From Eubacteriales bacterium (GTDB lineage Bacteria > Bacillota > Clostridia > Oscillospirales > QAKW01), in assembly GCA_045545255.1 (NCBI GenBank), contig JAZQAQ010000219.1, forward strand, positions 1 to 42,028: a DNA stretch of 42,028 bases, read 5' to 3'. A program made the translations under genes and the position numbers. Shown here one piece after another: positions 32,345-41,723 of the stretch (positions are counted from its first letter, which is position 1; each line of letters begins with the position of its first letter). A model generated the notes under the pieces. The model had not been told where the DNA came from. It saw nothing but the letters and a program-made list of their open reading frames with translations, and ran no database searches.

Positions 32345-33031
32345 ATGATCTTATTTGATGATGTTTATAAAAGTTACCCAAACGGTACAAACGCGCTGAA
32401 TGGAGCCTCTTTTAAGATTGAGGACGGTGAGTTCGTGTTTATTATCGGACCCAGCGGCGCAGGTAAAAGTACCGTCATTAAATTACTGATGCACGAAGAG
32501 GTTCCTACCGGCGGTACCGTACAGGTGGGGGACTATAATATTAAAAAGATGAGAAATTCCAAGGTGCCGATGCTGCGGCGCAGTATGGGTGTTGTCTTTC
32601 AGGATTTCAGACTTATTGATACGCTTACCGTTTATGAAAACGTTGCTTTCGCAATGCGCGCTGTAGGAAGCAATAAGCGTACTATTCGTCGCCGCGTTCC
32701 GTATGTTTTGGGCATCGTCGGACTGGGGCATAAGGCAAAGAATTATCCCCCCGAGCTTTCCGGCGGTGAGCAGCAGCGTGTGGCTTTGGCGCGCGCTTTG
32801 GTTAATAATCCCCACTTGATTATTGCCGATGAGCCTACCGGAAATGTGGATCCGGAGATGGCACGCGAAATTATGGAGCTTTTGAACAAAATCAACCAGA
32901 ATGGGACGACGGTGATCGTCGTAACCCACGATAATACCCTTGTAAATGAATTTAATAAGCGTGTTATTCATATCGAAAAGGGTTGTGTCACCAGCGATCA
33001 AGTGGGTGGCTATTACGCGGATGAAGAATAA
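32345..33031 (+). CDS. ftsE: Cell-division ABC ATPase FtsE
   Basis: 228 aa. Walker [10 protein letters not shown], signature LSGGEQQRV, Walker [12 protein letters not shown]. It starts 12 nt after the upstream stop, with SD AGGAG. Confidence 0.95.
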   Translation: MILFDDVYKSYPNGTNALNGASFKIEDGEFVFIIGPSGAGKSTVIKLLMHEEVPTGGTVQVGDYNIKKMRNSKVPMLRRSMGVVFQDFRLIDTLTVYENVAFAMRAVGSNKRTIRRRVPYVLGIVGLGHKAKNYPPELSGGEQQRVALARALVNNPHLIIADEPTGNVDPEMAREIMELLNKINQNGTTVIVVTHDNTLVNEFNKRVIHIEKGCVTSDQVGGYYADEE

Positions 33032-33042
33032 GGGGGTGGACT

Positions 33043-33921
33043 ATGTATTTTCTGCAATCTGCTTTTAGAAGCATTCGTAAAAATTATTTAATGACCTTTG
33101 CGTCTGTTTTCGTTTTAATGGCTTGTATGCTGATCATTGGTTCCGCCTATCTTTGCTCTGCCAATATTGCTGCATTTATGGATTCTCTTGGTGAGAAAAA
33201 TGAAATTGTGGCGTATATTGATGACGAGGTTGAGGAAAGCAACTTTTCTTCTATCAAAGAAGAAATTGAAGCGATCGAATACGTGGAGTCTGTTGAATTT
33301 GTTACCAAGGATGATGCGTTGGCTGAATATCAGAAACAATTCGATGAAGATAGCAGCTATCTTTCTTGGTTCTATGGGGACGAGAACCCCTTACGTAATG
33401 AGTTTCGGATAACGGTTGATGAAAAAGCACTGATCGAATTTGAGAATGTATCTGCACAGGTCGCTTCCATTGAGGGGATTGCTAATATTTCCGATTCTCA
33501 AGAAGTGGTCAATGTGTTGCTTTCTGCAAAGAAGGTGATGGATGTGCTCAGCTTCTGGATTATGGTGATTTTGGCGCTGGTTTCCTGGTTTATCGTGTCC
33601 AATACCATTAAATTGGCGATGCATAACCGTCGGCACGAGATCAATATTATGAAATATGTGGGTGCAACCAATGCATTTATCCGTACGCCCTTTGTGTTAG
33701 AGGGTATGATCATCGGTCTTTGCGCGGCAGCGGCATCTTTCGCGGTGCAATGGATCATCTATGTTTATTTGCTGCAACCTTTGGTGGCGGATCTCAGCTT
33801 TATTTCGACGGTTCCTTTTGCATCCCTTAGTCCGATGATTATGATCTATTTCGGCGGCATTGGTCTTTTGGTTGGCTTGGTTGGAAGCGCATTTTCTATC
33901 AATAAGTATTTAAGGGTATAA
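33043..33921 (+). CDS. ftsX: Cell-division permease-like protein FtsX
   Basis: 292 aa. TM1, then an extracellular domain of about 120 aa, then 3 TM helices. The conserved INIMKYVGATNAFIRTPFVLEG motif is present. Confidence 0.9.
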   Translation: MYFLQSAFRSIRKNYLMTFASVFVLMACMLIIGSAYLCSANIAAFMDSLGEKNEIVAYIDDEVEESNFSSIKEEIEAIEYVESVEFVTKDDALAEYQKQFDEDSSYLSWFYGDENPLRNEFRITVDEKALIEFENVSAQVASIEGIANISDSQEVVNVLLSAKKVMDVLSFWIMVILALVSWFIVSNTIKLAMHNRRHEINIMKYVGATNAFIRTPFVLEGMIIGLCAAAASFAVQWIIYVYLLQPLVADLSFISTVPFASLSPMIMIYFGGIGLLVGLVGSAFSINKYLRV

Positions 33922-33930
33922 GGTGAATTT

Positions 33931-35115
33931 ATGAGAAGATGGCGTTCTTTCGTCGCTCTTGCACTTGTAGTTATGCTGCTCCTCGGGATGCTGACAACGA
34001 TTGTTTTCAGCATCAAAACCTATGGTGCGTCCAGCGTTTCTGATATGCAAAGCGAACTGGATGATATTATTGCCAAAAAAGAAAAATTAGAGAAAGAACT
34101 GAATTCTATCGCCGATAAGAAGGATCAGGTCTTGGAGCAAAAAGCACTTGTGGATCAGCAGATCAACGAGCTCAATGCCGAGGCGGAAATTCTTGATGGG
34201 ATCGTTGACGGTCTTTCTGATGAACTGGATATCAGTAAGGAAAAACTTGAGGAGGCAGAGGGGTCTCTGGATGAGAACATTGCGCACGCCAAGCAGCGCA
34301 TTCGCGCAATGTATGAGCTTGGAGATACCTCTTATATCAGCATTATCCTGAGTTCGGAGTCTCTCCACGATTTTATCACTCGAGTGGAATTGGTGAAGCA
34401 GATGGCAGAGTATGATCGTAAGGTCATCAATGAACTGAAGGAAACCAAGGAGACCATTGAACGAGAGACCAAGGCTATTGAGGATAAAAAGAAAGCGCAG
34501 GAGAAGGCGTTGAATTCTTTGGAGAGCAATGTATCCTCGCTGGAAAAGAAACAATCACAAAGTGATTCTCTGCTGGAGTCTTTTAATAAGAAAACGAAAG
34601 AGAATATTAAGGCTATTGAAGCTGCGGAGGCGGCAGAGGCAGAACTGCAGGCGGAGATTCGCGCCGCTTTGAACAGTAGTTCAAATGAGGAATTCGTCGG
34701 CGGCACTTATTTATGGCCTGTAAGCGGATATCATTCGATTACTGATAAATTCGGTATGCGTAAGCATCCTATTACCGGTGTCTATAAGATGCATACCGGT
34801 GTAGATATTGCGGGCGGCGGTATTCGTAATAAACCCATCCTCGCTGCAAACAGCGGTACTGTGTTGAAGGCCGGATGGCATACCGCTTATGGTAATTATG
34901 TCGTTATCGACCACGGCGGCGGATGCAGTACACTTTATGGTCACGCCAGCAGTCTGAATGTAAAAAAAGGGCAGAAGGTATCCCGCGGAGATGTGATCGC
35001 TTATGTCGGATCTACCGGCTATTCCACCGGTCCGCACCTTCATTTCGAGATTTATGAGAACGGAGAATATAAAAATCCTCTTTCGTTCTTCAACTATAAT
35101 TTCAAATTCTTATAA
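33931..35115 (+). CDS. Coiled-coil M23 peptidoglycan metalloendopeptidase (EnvC/PcsB-like FtsEX partner)
   Basis: 394 aa. A signal/anchor helix and about 230 aa of coiled coil precede an LytM domain with HTGVDIA (HxxxD) and GPHLHFEI (HxH). Confidence 0.9.
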   Translation: MRRWRSFVALALVVMLLLGMLTTIVFSIKTYGASSVSDMQSELDDIIAKKEKLEKELNSIADKKDQVLEQKALVDQQINELNAEAEILDGIVDGLSDELDISKEKLEEAEGSLDENIAHAKQRIRAMYELGDTSYISIILSSESLHDFITRVELVKQMAEYDRKVINELKETKETIERETKAIEDKKKAQEKALNSLESNVSSLEKKQSQSDSLLESFNKKTKENIKAIEAAEAAEAELQAEIRAALNSSSNEEFVGGTYLWPVSGYHSITDKFGMRKHPITGVYKMHTGVDIAGGGIRNKPILAANSGTVLKAGWHTAYGNYVVIDHGGGCSTLYGHASSLNVKKGQKVSRGDVIAYVGSTGYSTGPHLHFEIYENGEYKNPLSFFNYNFKFL

Positions 35116-35130
35116 TGGGCAGGTGCATTT

Positions 35131-36306
35131 ATGAAGAGAAAGATTGAGCTCGGAACAGTAATCTTCTTTGTTGTTGCTGCAATTATGGTGTCCTGCATTG
35201 CCACTTATATGTATATGGCGCATATGGTTGAGCGCACGACCGGCAAAAGTGAGATGTTTGAAAAACTCACGCGTGTATATCAGGTGATCAATAATCGCTA
35301 TGTTGGCGAGTTTGATGAGGATCAAGCAATGGACGCTCTGCTGAGCGGCTATATTGACGGCATTGACCGTTATGGCGTTTATCTGAATAAAACCAGCTAT
35401 TTGGAGTTTAAGAACTCTGCCGAGGGAAAAGAATCCGGAATCGGTATGAACGTAAAATACACCGCTTCTACCGGTTATTTGAAAATTACCCGTGTCCGCT
35501 CCGGCTCACCCTGTGATAAGGCGGGTGTCAAGGCGGGCGATGTGATCGCCAGAATCGACGGAAACGATGTCTCTGCAATGAGCTATACGGATGCAACCAA
35601 TCGACTTCAAGCACCTGTTGGTACTGATATTAAGTTGACGCTGATCAGAAATGATCAGACAGTGAACCTGACCGTTACTGTTCAGGAATATACAGAGTCT
35701 ACCGTTTCCACTCGATTGATGATCAATCAGGTGGGTTATGTTGCAATCAGTGAGTTTGATACCAATACCGCTGCTGATTTCAAAAAAGCAATTGAGGCCC
35801 TTCAGGAGAAAGGGGCTAAAAAGTTTATCTTTGATGTAAGAAATAACACAGGCGGCTCATTAACTGCCGTAACAGAGATCTTGGATTATCTCCTTCCCAA
35901 GGGTACGCTTTGCAGCGTGAAGGATAAAGAGGGGGAAGAATCTGTGTATTCTTCGGATGATGCCTGTCTCAATGCCGAGATGGTGGTATTGATCAACGGA
36001 AGCACATATAGTGGTGGCGAGCTTTTTGCTGCAGCAATTCGCGATTTTAAATATGGCACATTGATTGGTACGACTACCTATGGAAAAGGAATGGCACAAG
36101 AAATTATCCCGCTTGGTGATGATACTGCACTTTATCTCTCCACCAACCTCTATTATCCGCCCAATGGTGTAAACTACGATAAGGTAGGCGTGTTACCCGA
36201 TTTAGAGGTGACTCTTACCGCAGATAAAGAGGATCGTTTCTATGAGTTGACATATGAAGAGGACGATCAGCTTCAGGCGGCTATGGCACAGTTTGAAAAA
36301 GAGTAA
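35131..36306 (+). CDS. S41-family C-terminal processing peptidase (CtpA/CtpB-like)
   Basis: 391 aa. An N-terminal TM helix and a PDZ domain (GVKAGDVIARIDGNDV) are followed by the catalytic region NGSTYSGGELFAAA and TYGKG. Confidence 0.9.
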   Translation: MKRKIELGTVIFFVVAAIMVSCIATYMYMAHMVERTTGKSEMFEKLTRVYQVINNRYVGEFDEDQAMDALLSGYIDGIDRYGVYLNKTSYLEFKNSAEGKESGIGMNVKYTASTGYLKITRVRSGSPCDKAGVKAGDVIARIDGNDVSAMSYTDATNRLQAPVGTDIKLTLIRNDQTVNLTVTVQEYTESTVSTRLMINQVGYVAISEFDTNTAADFKKAIEALQEKGAKKFIFDVRNNTGGSLTAVTEILDYLLPKGTLCSVKDKEGEESVYSSDDACLNAEMVVLINGSTYSGGELFAAAIRDFKYGTLIGTTTYGKGMAQEIIPLGDDTALYLSTNLYYPPNGVNYDKVGVLPDLEVTLTADKEDRFYELTYEEDDQLQAAMAQFEKE

Positions 36307-36347
36307 TAAAAATGACTTGGAACTTTTGTGTTCCAAGTCATTTTTTA
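36307..36347. terminator. Bidirectional intrinsic terminator between the convergent ctp and ldh genes
   Basis: AATGACTTGGAAC (36311-36323), loop TTTTGT, GTTCCAAGTCATT (36330-36342). It is flanked by A-runs and T-runs. Confidence 0.8.
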
Positions 36348-37274
36348 TTTTTCCATTTCTTTTAAACGTGCAGCCGCATTTTCCAATTTGGCTTGCTCAT
36401 CCGGACTTAAAGCAAAGTCTAAAATTTCTTCAACGCCGCTCTTGCCGAGGATGGCAGGCAGACTCATATAAATGCCGTGTAGTCCGTAGTGTCCGTCAAC
36501 CAATACAGATATCGGTAATACAGAGTGCTGGTCTTTGATGATGCACTCCACGATTTTTCCTACCGCTTTGGCGATTCCGTAGTAAGTGGCGCCTTTTCCG
36601 TCGATAATGCGATAAGCACTGTTGACCACCTGCTCGTGAATGGTTGTTTTCAGCTTATCAAATTCGCAGTTTTTTCGTAATCTGCAAAAATCATCTAAAT
36701 CAATGCCGGAAATATTTGCTCCGCTCCAAACGGCGAATTCTCCGTCGCCGTGTTCGCCGATGATAAAAGCGTGGACATTGCGCATATCCACCGATAAATG
36801 CTCTCCAAGCAGATATTTAAGGCGCGAGGTGTCGAGTACTGTGCCGGACCCAATTACGCGCTCGGGCGGAAATCCTGAGGCTTCAAAGACCATTCTGGTC
36901 AAAACATCTACAGGGTTGGAGACGACGATGATAATACAGTCTTTATTATAACGCAGCAACTGCTTTACGATACTGTTCATAATTTCGCGGTTTCGTCCAA
37001 GCAGCTCCGGTCGAGTTTCTCCGGGTTTTTGGTTCGCGCCTGCGGCGATGATGATAATTCCGCATTCTTTGAGATCTTTATATTCACCTTGATAAATCTG
37101 CATTGGTCCGGAAAAGGGGAGACCGTGACTTAGGTCCATCGCCTCGCCTTCAGCGCGGCTCTTATTGATATCCAAAAGAACCATTTCGGAAAAAAATCCT
37201 GAGCTTGCAAGATCAAATGCGATGGTTGAACCCACAAAGCCGCATCCGATAATGCCGATTTTCTTCATATTCAT
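36345..37274 (-). CDS. ldh: L-lactate dehydrogenase
   Basis: 309 aa. GIIGCGFVGS (NAD binding), AGANQKPGETR (Gln gives lactate specificity), SNPVD, GSGTVLDTSR and IGEHGD (catalytic His). Confidence 0.9.
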   Translation of the reverse strand: MNMKKIGIIGCGFVGSTIAFDLASSGFFSEMVLLDINKSRAEGEAMDLSHGLPFSGPMQIYQGEYKDLKECGIIIIAAGANQKPGETRPELLGRNREIMNSIVKQLLRYNKDCIIIVVSNPVDVLTRMVFEASGFPPERVIGSGTVLDTSRLKYLLGEHLSVDMRNVHAFIIGEHGDGEFAVWSGANISGIDLDDFCRLRKNCEFDKLKTTIHEQVVNSAYRIIDGKGATYYGIAKAVGKIVECIIKDQHSVLPISVLVDGHYGLHGIYMSLPAILGKSGVEEILDFALSPDEQAKLENAAARLKEMEK

Positions 37275-37300
37275 TTAATCACCTGTAATGCTTTTTTGCT

Positions 37301-38572
37301 TTACATAAAAGCTGCGCAACCCGGATAATAACTATGCACGCCGATGAGGGATTCAATCCCTAAAAGACGGTTATATTTTGAGACGCGCTCGCTTCTTGCG
37401 GGTGCGCCTGTTTTAATTTGCCCTGCGTTGACGGCGACTGCAAGATCGGCGATAAATGCATCCGCCGTTTCTCCGCTGCGATGTGAAATAATCGTTTTGT
37501 ATCCGTTGTTTTTTGCCATACGAATGGTTTCTAAGGTTTCGCTTAATGTTCCGATCTGATTGGGTTTGATCAAAATGGCGTTGCCGCTCCCCATTGAAAT
37601 GCCTTGCTGGAGACGGGCACTGTTGGTTACAAACAGATCATCACCTACAATCTGAATACCGGTGCGACGACTGATCTCTGTAAAACCCTTGAAATCATCG
37701 TCGCCCAGAGGATCCTCCAGTGAGATGATGGGATATTTTTTGACTAAGCCGTCAAAATTGTCTATTAATTCTTCGGTTGTGAATGTTTTTCCGGACTTTT
37801 TTTGGCGGTATCCCTCGGGTGTTTTCCATTCGCTTGCTGCAGCATCAAGGGCGATGGCAATATCCCGATCCGGCTCCAGTCCGGTCCGTTTGATGGCGCG
37901 GAGCAATAGTTCCAGTGCTTGTTCATCGCTTTCAAGGTTGGGGGCAAAGCCACCCTCATCGCCAACAGTTGTGCCCAATCCCGCCTCTTTTAGTATATGA
38001 CCGAGACTGTGATAGACCCGTGTACTTAATTCCATCGCTTTTGTAAAGGTGGGCGCGCCGATCGGGACGATCATAAACTCTTGGATTTCAACATTATTAT
38101 TTGCGTGTGCGCCGCCATTGAGTACATTCAGCATCGGTACAGGCATTGTCATAGCAGCAGCTCCGCCAAGATAACGAAAGAGTGGCATTTTACTTGCGAT
38201 TGCCGCAGTTCTTGCCGCGGCAAGAGATACTGCAAGGGTGGCGTTTGCGCCAAGATTTGACTTATTATCCGTGCCGTCCAGTTCGATCATTTTACGGTCA
38301 ATTCTTGTTTGGTCGAAAATATCAAATCCGCAAAGTGCCTCACCGATAATGTGGTTTACATTCGCGACCGCATTGTATACGCTTTTTCCACCGTATATTT
38401 CTGCTTCATCTCTCAACTCAATTGCTTCGTATTTTCCTGTGGAAGCGCCGCTTGGAACCGCTGCGGCAGCGGTTACACCGTTTTCAAGCAAAATCTGCGC
38501 TTCGACTGTGGGATTCCCTCTCGAATCAAAGATCTGACGTGCGATAATGCTGCGGATGGTTGTGTTGTTCAT
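37301..38572 (-). CDS. eno: Enolase (phosphopyruvate hydratase)
   Basis: The start was moved to the ATG at 38572, preceded by AAGGAGG. The protein begins MNNTTIRSIIARQIFDSRGNPTVEA... and is 423 aa, with SHRSGETAD and IKTGAPARSERVSKYN motifs. The track's 43-codon N-terminal extension has no RBS. Confidence 0.95.
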   Translation of the reverse strand: MNNTTIRSIIARQIFDSRGNPTVEAQILLENGVTAAAAVPSGASTGKYEAIELRDEAEIYGGKSVYNAVANVNHIIGEALCGFDIFDQTRIDRKMIELDGTDNKSNLGANATLAVSLAAARTAAIASKMPLFRYLGGAAAMTMPVPMLNVLNGGAHANNNVEIQEFMIVPIGAPTFTKAMELSTRVYHSLGHILKEAGLGTTVGDEGGFAPNLESDEQALELLLRAIKRTGLEPDRDIAIALDAAASEWKTPEGYRQKKSGKTFTTEELIDNFDGLVKKYPIISLEDPLGDDDFKGFTEISRRTGIQIVGDDLFVTNSARLQQGISMGSGNAILIKPNQIGTLSETLETIRMAKNNGYKTIISHRSGETADAFIADLAVAVNAGQIKTGAPARSERVSKYNRLLGIESLIGVHSYYPGCAAFM

Positions 38573-38652
38573 AGGTATTCCTCCTTTTTCTTTTGGTAGT
38601 ATACCCATTTTTGACGGTATCATTATTTTTTTGATTTGATTTTGTGAAGCGG

Positions 38653-38681
38653 TTCTATTTTTTCGGCAGTGACCATAAAAT
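38653..38681 (+). promoter_or_regulatory. Possible sigma-E-type (mother-cell) promoter of spoIIIA
   Basis: TTCTATT (38653-38659), 14 nt spacer, CATAAAAT (38674-38681), compared with the B. subtilis sigma-E consensus kmATATT-14-CATACAhT. The match is only partial. Confidence 0.35.
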
Positions 38682-38704
38682 GAAAGCAAAGGGAGGGACA
38701 ACTA

Positions 38705-39649
38705 TTGATTAAAAGCAAGGATTGTCCAAAGGGAATACGGGAGCTTTATCCATACTTAAAAAATGAGTGGGTAATTGAGATTGAAAAGCAACCAAAGGAA
38801 CTGCTTCAAAAAGCTACAGAGCTTCGTTTTCGTATCGGTCGAGGCTGTAGCCTTACTTGCGGAAACGGGAATTATTCGGTTAATGGAATCTCGATAAGCT
38901 CCGAGGATATGGAAAAGCTATTCGATAATATTTGCCGCGGTGCGGCTTATCAGTTTGAAAATCAAGTAGAAAATGGGTATATCCCGTTACCCGGCGGACA
39001 TCGTGCAGGAATCTGCGGAACTTATGTAGTGGACGATAAAGGGATGATCCGCATCAAGGATTTATCTTCTGTAAATCTGCGAATTTGCAGGGATATTCGG
39101 GGCATAGCCGAAACGCTTTATCCAAAACTACTGTACGGTGGTAAATTCTGCGCGACGCTTATCGTTTCGGAGCCTTGCGGGGGTAAAACGACGCTTCTTA
39201 CCGATCTTGTACGTATGCTTTCTAAAGATGGATACCGATGTGCAGTGGTGGATGAACGAGGTGAGATTGCGGCAGCGTATCGTGGAGTTCCGCAGAAAAA
39301 AATGGGGGCTTTGGTTGATATTCTGGACGGATATCCGAAGCCATACGGGATGATGATTGCATTGAGAACGCTTTCTCCGCAGGTGCTTGTTTGCGATGAA
39401 ATAGGGACAGATGAAGAGACAGAGCGTATGATGGAGGCAATGAATGCAGGCGTTCCGATATTGGCGACAGCACACGCTCGTGATGAAGAGGAGCTCTTCA
39501 ATCGTCCGCAGGTCAAAAGGTTGATGGATGCCGGTGCAATTTCAAGGATCGTATTACTGAAAGGGGCAAAAGCACCCGGGAAGATCGAGCGGGTCATTAT
39601 GGTGAATCATTATGATGATGAAGATTTGGGGCGGAGCACTGATCGTTAG
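38705..39649 (+). CDS. spoIIIAA: Stage III sporulation protein AA (secretion-type ATPase)
   Basis: 314 aa. The TTG start lies 8 nt after GGGAGGG. Walker A SEPCGGKTTLL and Walker B VLVCDEIG. It is the first gene of a canonical spoIIIA gene order. Confidence 0.85.
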   Translation: MIKSKDCPKGIRELYPYLKNEWVIEIEKQPKELLQKATELRFRIGRGCSLTCGNGNYSVNGISISSEDMEKLFDNICRGAAYQFENQVENGYIPLPGGHRAGICGTYVVDDKGMIRIKDLSSVNLRICRDIRGIAETLYPKLLYGGKFCATLIVSEPCGGKTTLLTDLVRMLSKDGYRCAVVDERGEIAAAYRGVPQKKMGALVDILDGYPKPYGMMIALRTLSPQVLVCDEIGTDEETERMMEAMNAGVPILATAHARDEEELFNRPQVKRLMDAGAISRIVLLKGAKAPGKIERVIMVNHYDDEDLGRSTDR

Positions 39650-40049
39650 CGGCGGATATCTGCTTGGATGGGTGCGCGTCCGTCAATGGAAAAAACGACT
39701 GAAACTCTTGGAAGAAATATACCTTCTTTTCGAAGCGTATCTGCAGGAACTTCGTCAATATCGCAGATCATTGAAGGAATTCTTTGCGGAAAAAGGTGAA
39801 CTGGCAGGAAAAATCTTCTCAGGTGAAATGATAAGCGGTCTCTTAAACGAAGATCAGAAGCGGATTCAAAACGTGATTTCGCAACTGAAAAACAGTTCAT
39901 TTCAAAAGTCAATTGATGTTTGTGATGAATATATTCGTGAAATTGGAAATACGATTAAAAAAATGCAGGAGGATACCGCTTCCCAAGGAAAGGCACTTCC
40001 ACTGGTGACCGGTGCGATTGGGTTTCTGGTAGCGGTGCTGTTGTACTGA
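39612..40049 (+). CDS. spoIIIAB: Stage III sporulation protein AB
   Basis: 145 aa with TM helices at the N- and C-termini. It overlaps spoIIIAA and sits in the second position of the operon. Confidence 0.8.
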   Translation: MMMKIWGGALIVSGGYLLGWVRVRQWKKRLKLLEEIYLLFEAYLQELRQYRRSLKEFFAEKGELAGKIFSGEMISGLLNEDQKRIQNVISQLKNSSFQKSIDVCDEYIREIGNTIKKMQEDTASQGKALPLVTGAIGFLVAVLLY

Positions 40050-40050
40050 T

Positions 40051-40248
40051 ATGGAAGTGGAATTAATTTTTAAAATTGCTGCAGTCGGAATTATTGTGGC
40101 GGTAGTGAATATGGTTTTAAGCAAGCTTGGACGGGATGAATATGCTACCCTGACAACCCTTGCGGGAATCATCATTGTTTTACTGGTTTTGATGGGGGAG
40201 ATCCGTGACCTCTTTTCTACCATCAATACGGTCTTTGAGTTAAAATGA
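40051..40248 (+). CDS. spoIIIAC: Stage III sporulation protein AC
   Basis: 65 aa with two TM helices (IFKIAAVGIIVAVVNMVL, LAGIIIVLLVLMGEI), typical for SpoIIIAC. Confidence 0.85.
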   Translation: MEVELIFKIAAVGIIVAVVNMVLSKLGRDEYATLTTLAGIIIVLLVLMGEIRDLFSTINTVFELK

Positions 40249-40631
40249 GTATCTATCAGTTGCTGGCGGCAGTGGTTGGTTGCTTGCTGGTTTCCATCGT
40301 TTTAAAGGTTTTCAACGAGCGATTTTTGGTGTTTGTCTCTGTTGCGGGTGCGGTGTTGATCTTATTCTTTATTTGTACCAAGCTCACATCGGTTTTCACC
40401 TTTGTTCATCATCTCGCAGACAGTGCCGGCGTTAAGAATACGTATTTTGAAGTGGTTATCAAGGGACTCACGATCTGTTATCTCGGCGAATTTACAGTCA
40501 GTGCCTGCAAAGATTGCGGACAAAATGGCTGGAGCGATAAGGTAGAGCTCGCCTGCAGGTGTAGCTTGCTTGTGTTGGCTATTCCGCTTTTTGAAGATTT
40601 TCTGGATGTTGTAATGGGACTTTTAAAATGA
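40245..40631 (+). CDS. spoIIIAD: Stage III sporulation protein AD
   Basis: 128 aa with 4 TM helices. An ATGA overlap links it to spoIIIAC. Confidence 0.85.
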   Translation: MSIYQLLAAVVGCLLVSIVLKVFNERFLVFVSVAGAVLILFFICTKLTSVFTFVHHLADSAGVKNTYFEVVIKGLTICYLGEFTVSACKDCGQNGWSDKVELACRCSLLVLAIPLFEDFLDVVMGLLK

Positions 40632-41722
40632 AAAAAGTTTTCGCCTTGTTCATATTCATATTAATGATGAGTGCAATTCCCTTAACGGTATTGGCAGAAA
40701 ATACATATTCCGATGACTTTCGTTATTCGGTTGAGACGGAGGATTCGCTTCTTTCGGATGATACCGATCTGAATGATCCCGATGCGGTTATGGAGGATCT
40801 GCAATATAAGCATATATTCTCGTATATATTGCGGCAATTTAAGAACGGATTTGATGATGCGCTGGAGATTATGATCAAAGGAATAGCTTTGGTGTTGCTT
40901 TCGGTCATTGTAAACAGATTTAGCGGAAATATTCAAAACCAAAATCTGCAAATGCTGTTCTCGTTTATGGTTTCACTTTCGATTGTGTTAATGTGTGAAA
41001 GCAGTTTGCGCTCTTGCGCAATATCCTTGCAAAAAAGTATTGAAGATATGATGGTGTTCACGAGCGCGTGCATTCCATCCTTCACAGTTGTGATGATAGC
41101 TGCCGGGGAAGGGGCAGGAGCGACGGTGTTTTCATCTGCGATGGTTTTGCTGGGCGAGCTTGGGACATTGATCGCTCAAAATCTTTTACTACCGCTGACA
41201 GATGTTTATCTTGCTATCGGAATTTGCTCTGCGGTCAGCGATGAATATAATTTTGCTGTACTCGGAAAAAATATTCGCCGTTTTTTAATCTGGGTGATCG
41301 GGTTGCTTGTGTTGGCTTTTCGCACTGTGATGAAGTTGCAGTCCGGAGCCGCAGCTGCGGGAGATCAGCTTGCAAAAAAATACATCAGAGCCGCTGTTGG
41401 TGGAATGATTCCAATGGTCGGAAATTCACTTTCTCAAGGTGTTGACGGGCTTTTTGCTGTGGCGTCAGGTGTGAAAACTTCGTTTGCTATCGGTGGGAGT
41501 TTGATTGTGGTGTCTATTGTTCTGCCGATTTTGATTCGAATCGGTGTGTGTGGTCTCTCTTGGAGCTTTTGCAGGTGGATTGCTGAATTTATGAACGATT
41601 CCACCGTTCGTTTCATTGCCGATGTCCTTGCAAACAGTTTTTATTTGATGTTGGCACTGGGCGGTTGTGTAGCGTTAATGGGATTATTCTCCTTCTTTGG
41701 TTTAATTACACAGGTTGGATAA
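40628..41722 (+). CDS. spoIIIAE: Stage III sporulation protein AE
   Basis: 364 aa. A signal peptide is followed by about 7 TM helices. An ATGA overlap links it to spoIIIAD. Confidence 0.85.
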   Translation: MKKVFALFIFILMMSAIPLTVLAENTYSDDFRYSVETEDSLLSDDTDLNDPDAVMEDLQYKHIFSYILRQFKNGFDDALEIMIKGIALVLLSVIVNRFSGNIQNQNLQMLFSFMVSLSIVLMCESSLRSCAISLQKSIEDMMVFTSACIPSFTVVMIAAGEGAGATVFSSAMVLLGELGTLIAQNLLLPLTDVYLAIGICSAVSDEYNFAVLGKNIRRFLIWVIGLLVLAFRTVMKLQSGAAAAGDQLAKKYIRAAVGGMIPMVGNSLSQGVDGLFAVASGVKTSFAIGGSLIVVSIVLPILIRIGVCGLSWSFCRWIAEFMNDSTVRFIADVLANSFYLMLALGGCVALMGLFSFFGLITQVG

Positions 41723-41723
41723 A

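Noticed and set aside
38573-38701. 43-codon N-terminal extension of enolase in the ORF track
   Set aside because: The internal ATG at 38572 is preceded by AAGGAGG and yields the conserved enolase N-terminus. The extension has no RBS and would run through the spoIIIA promoter region.
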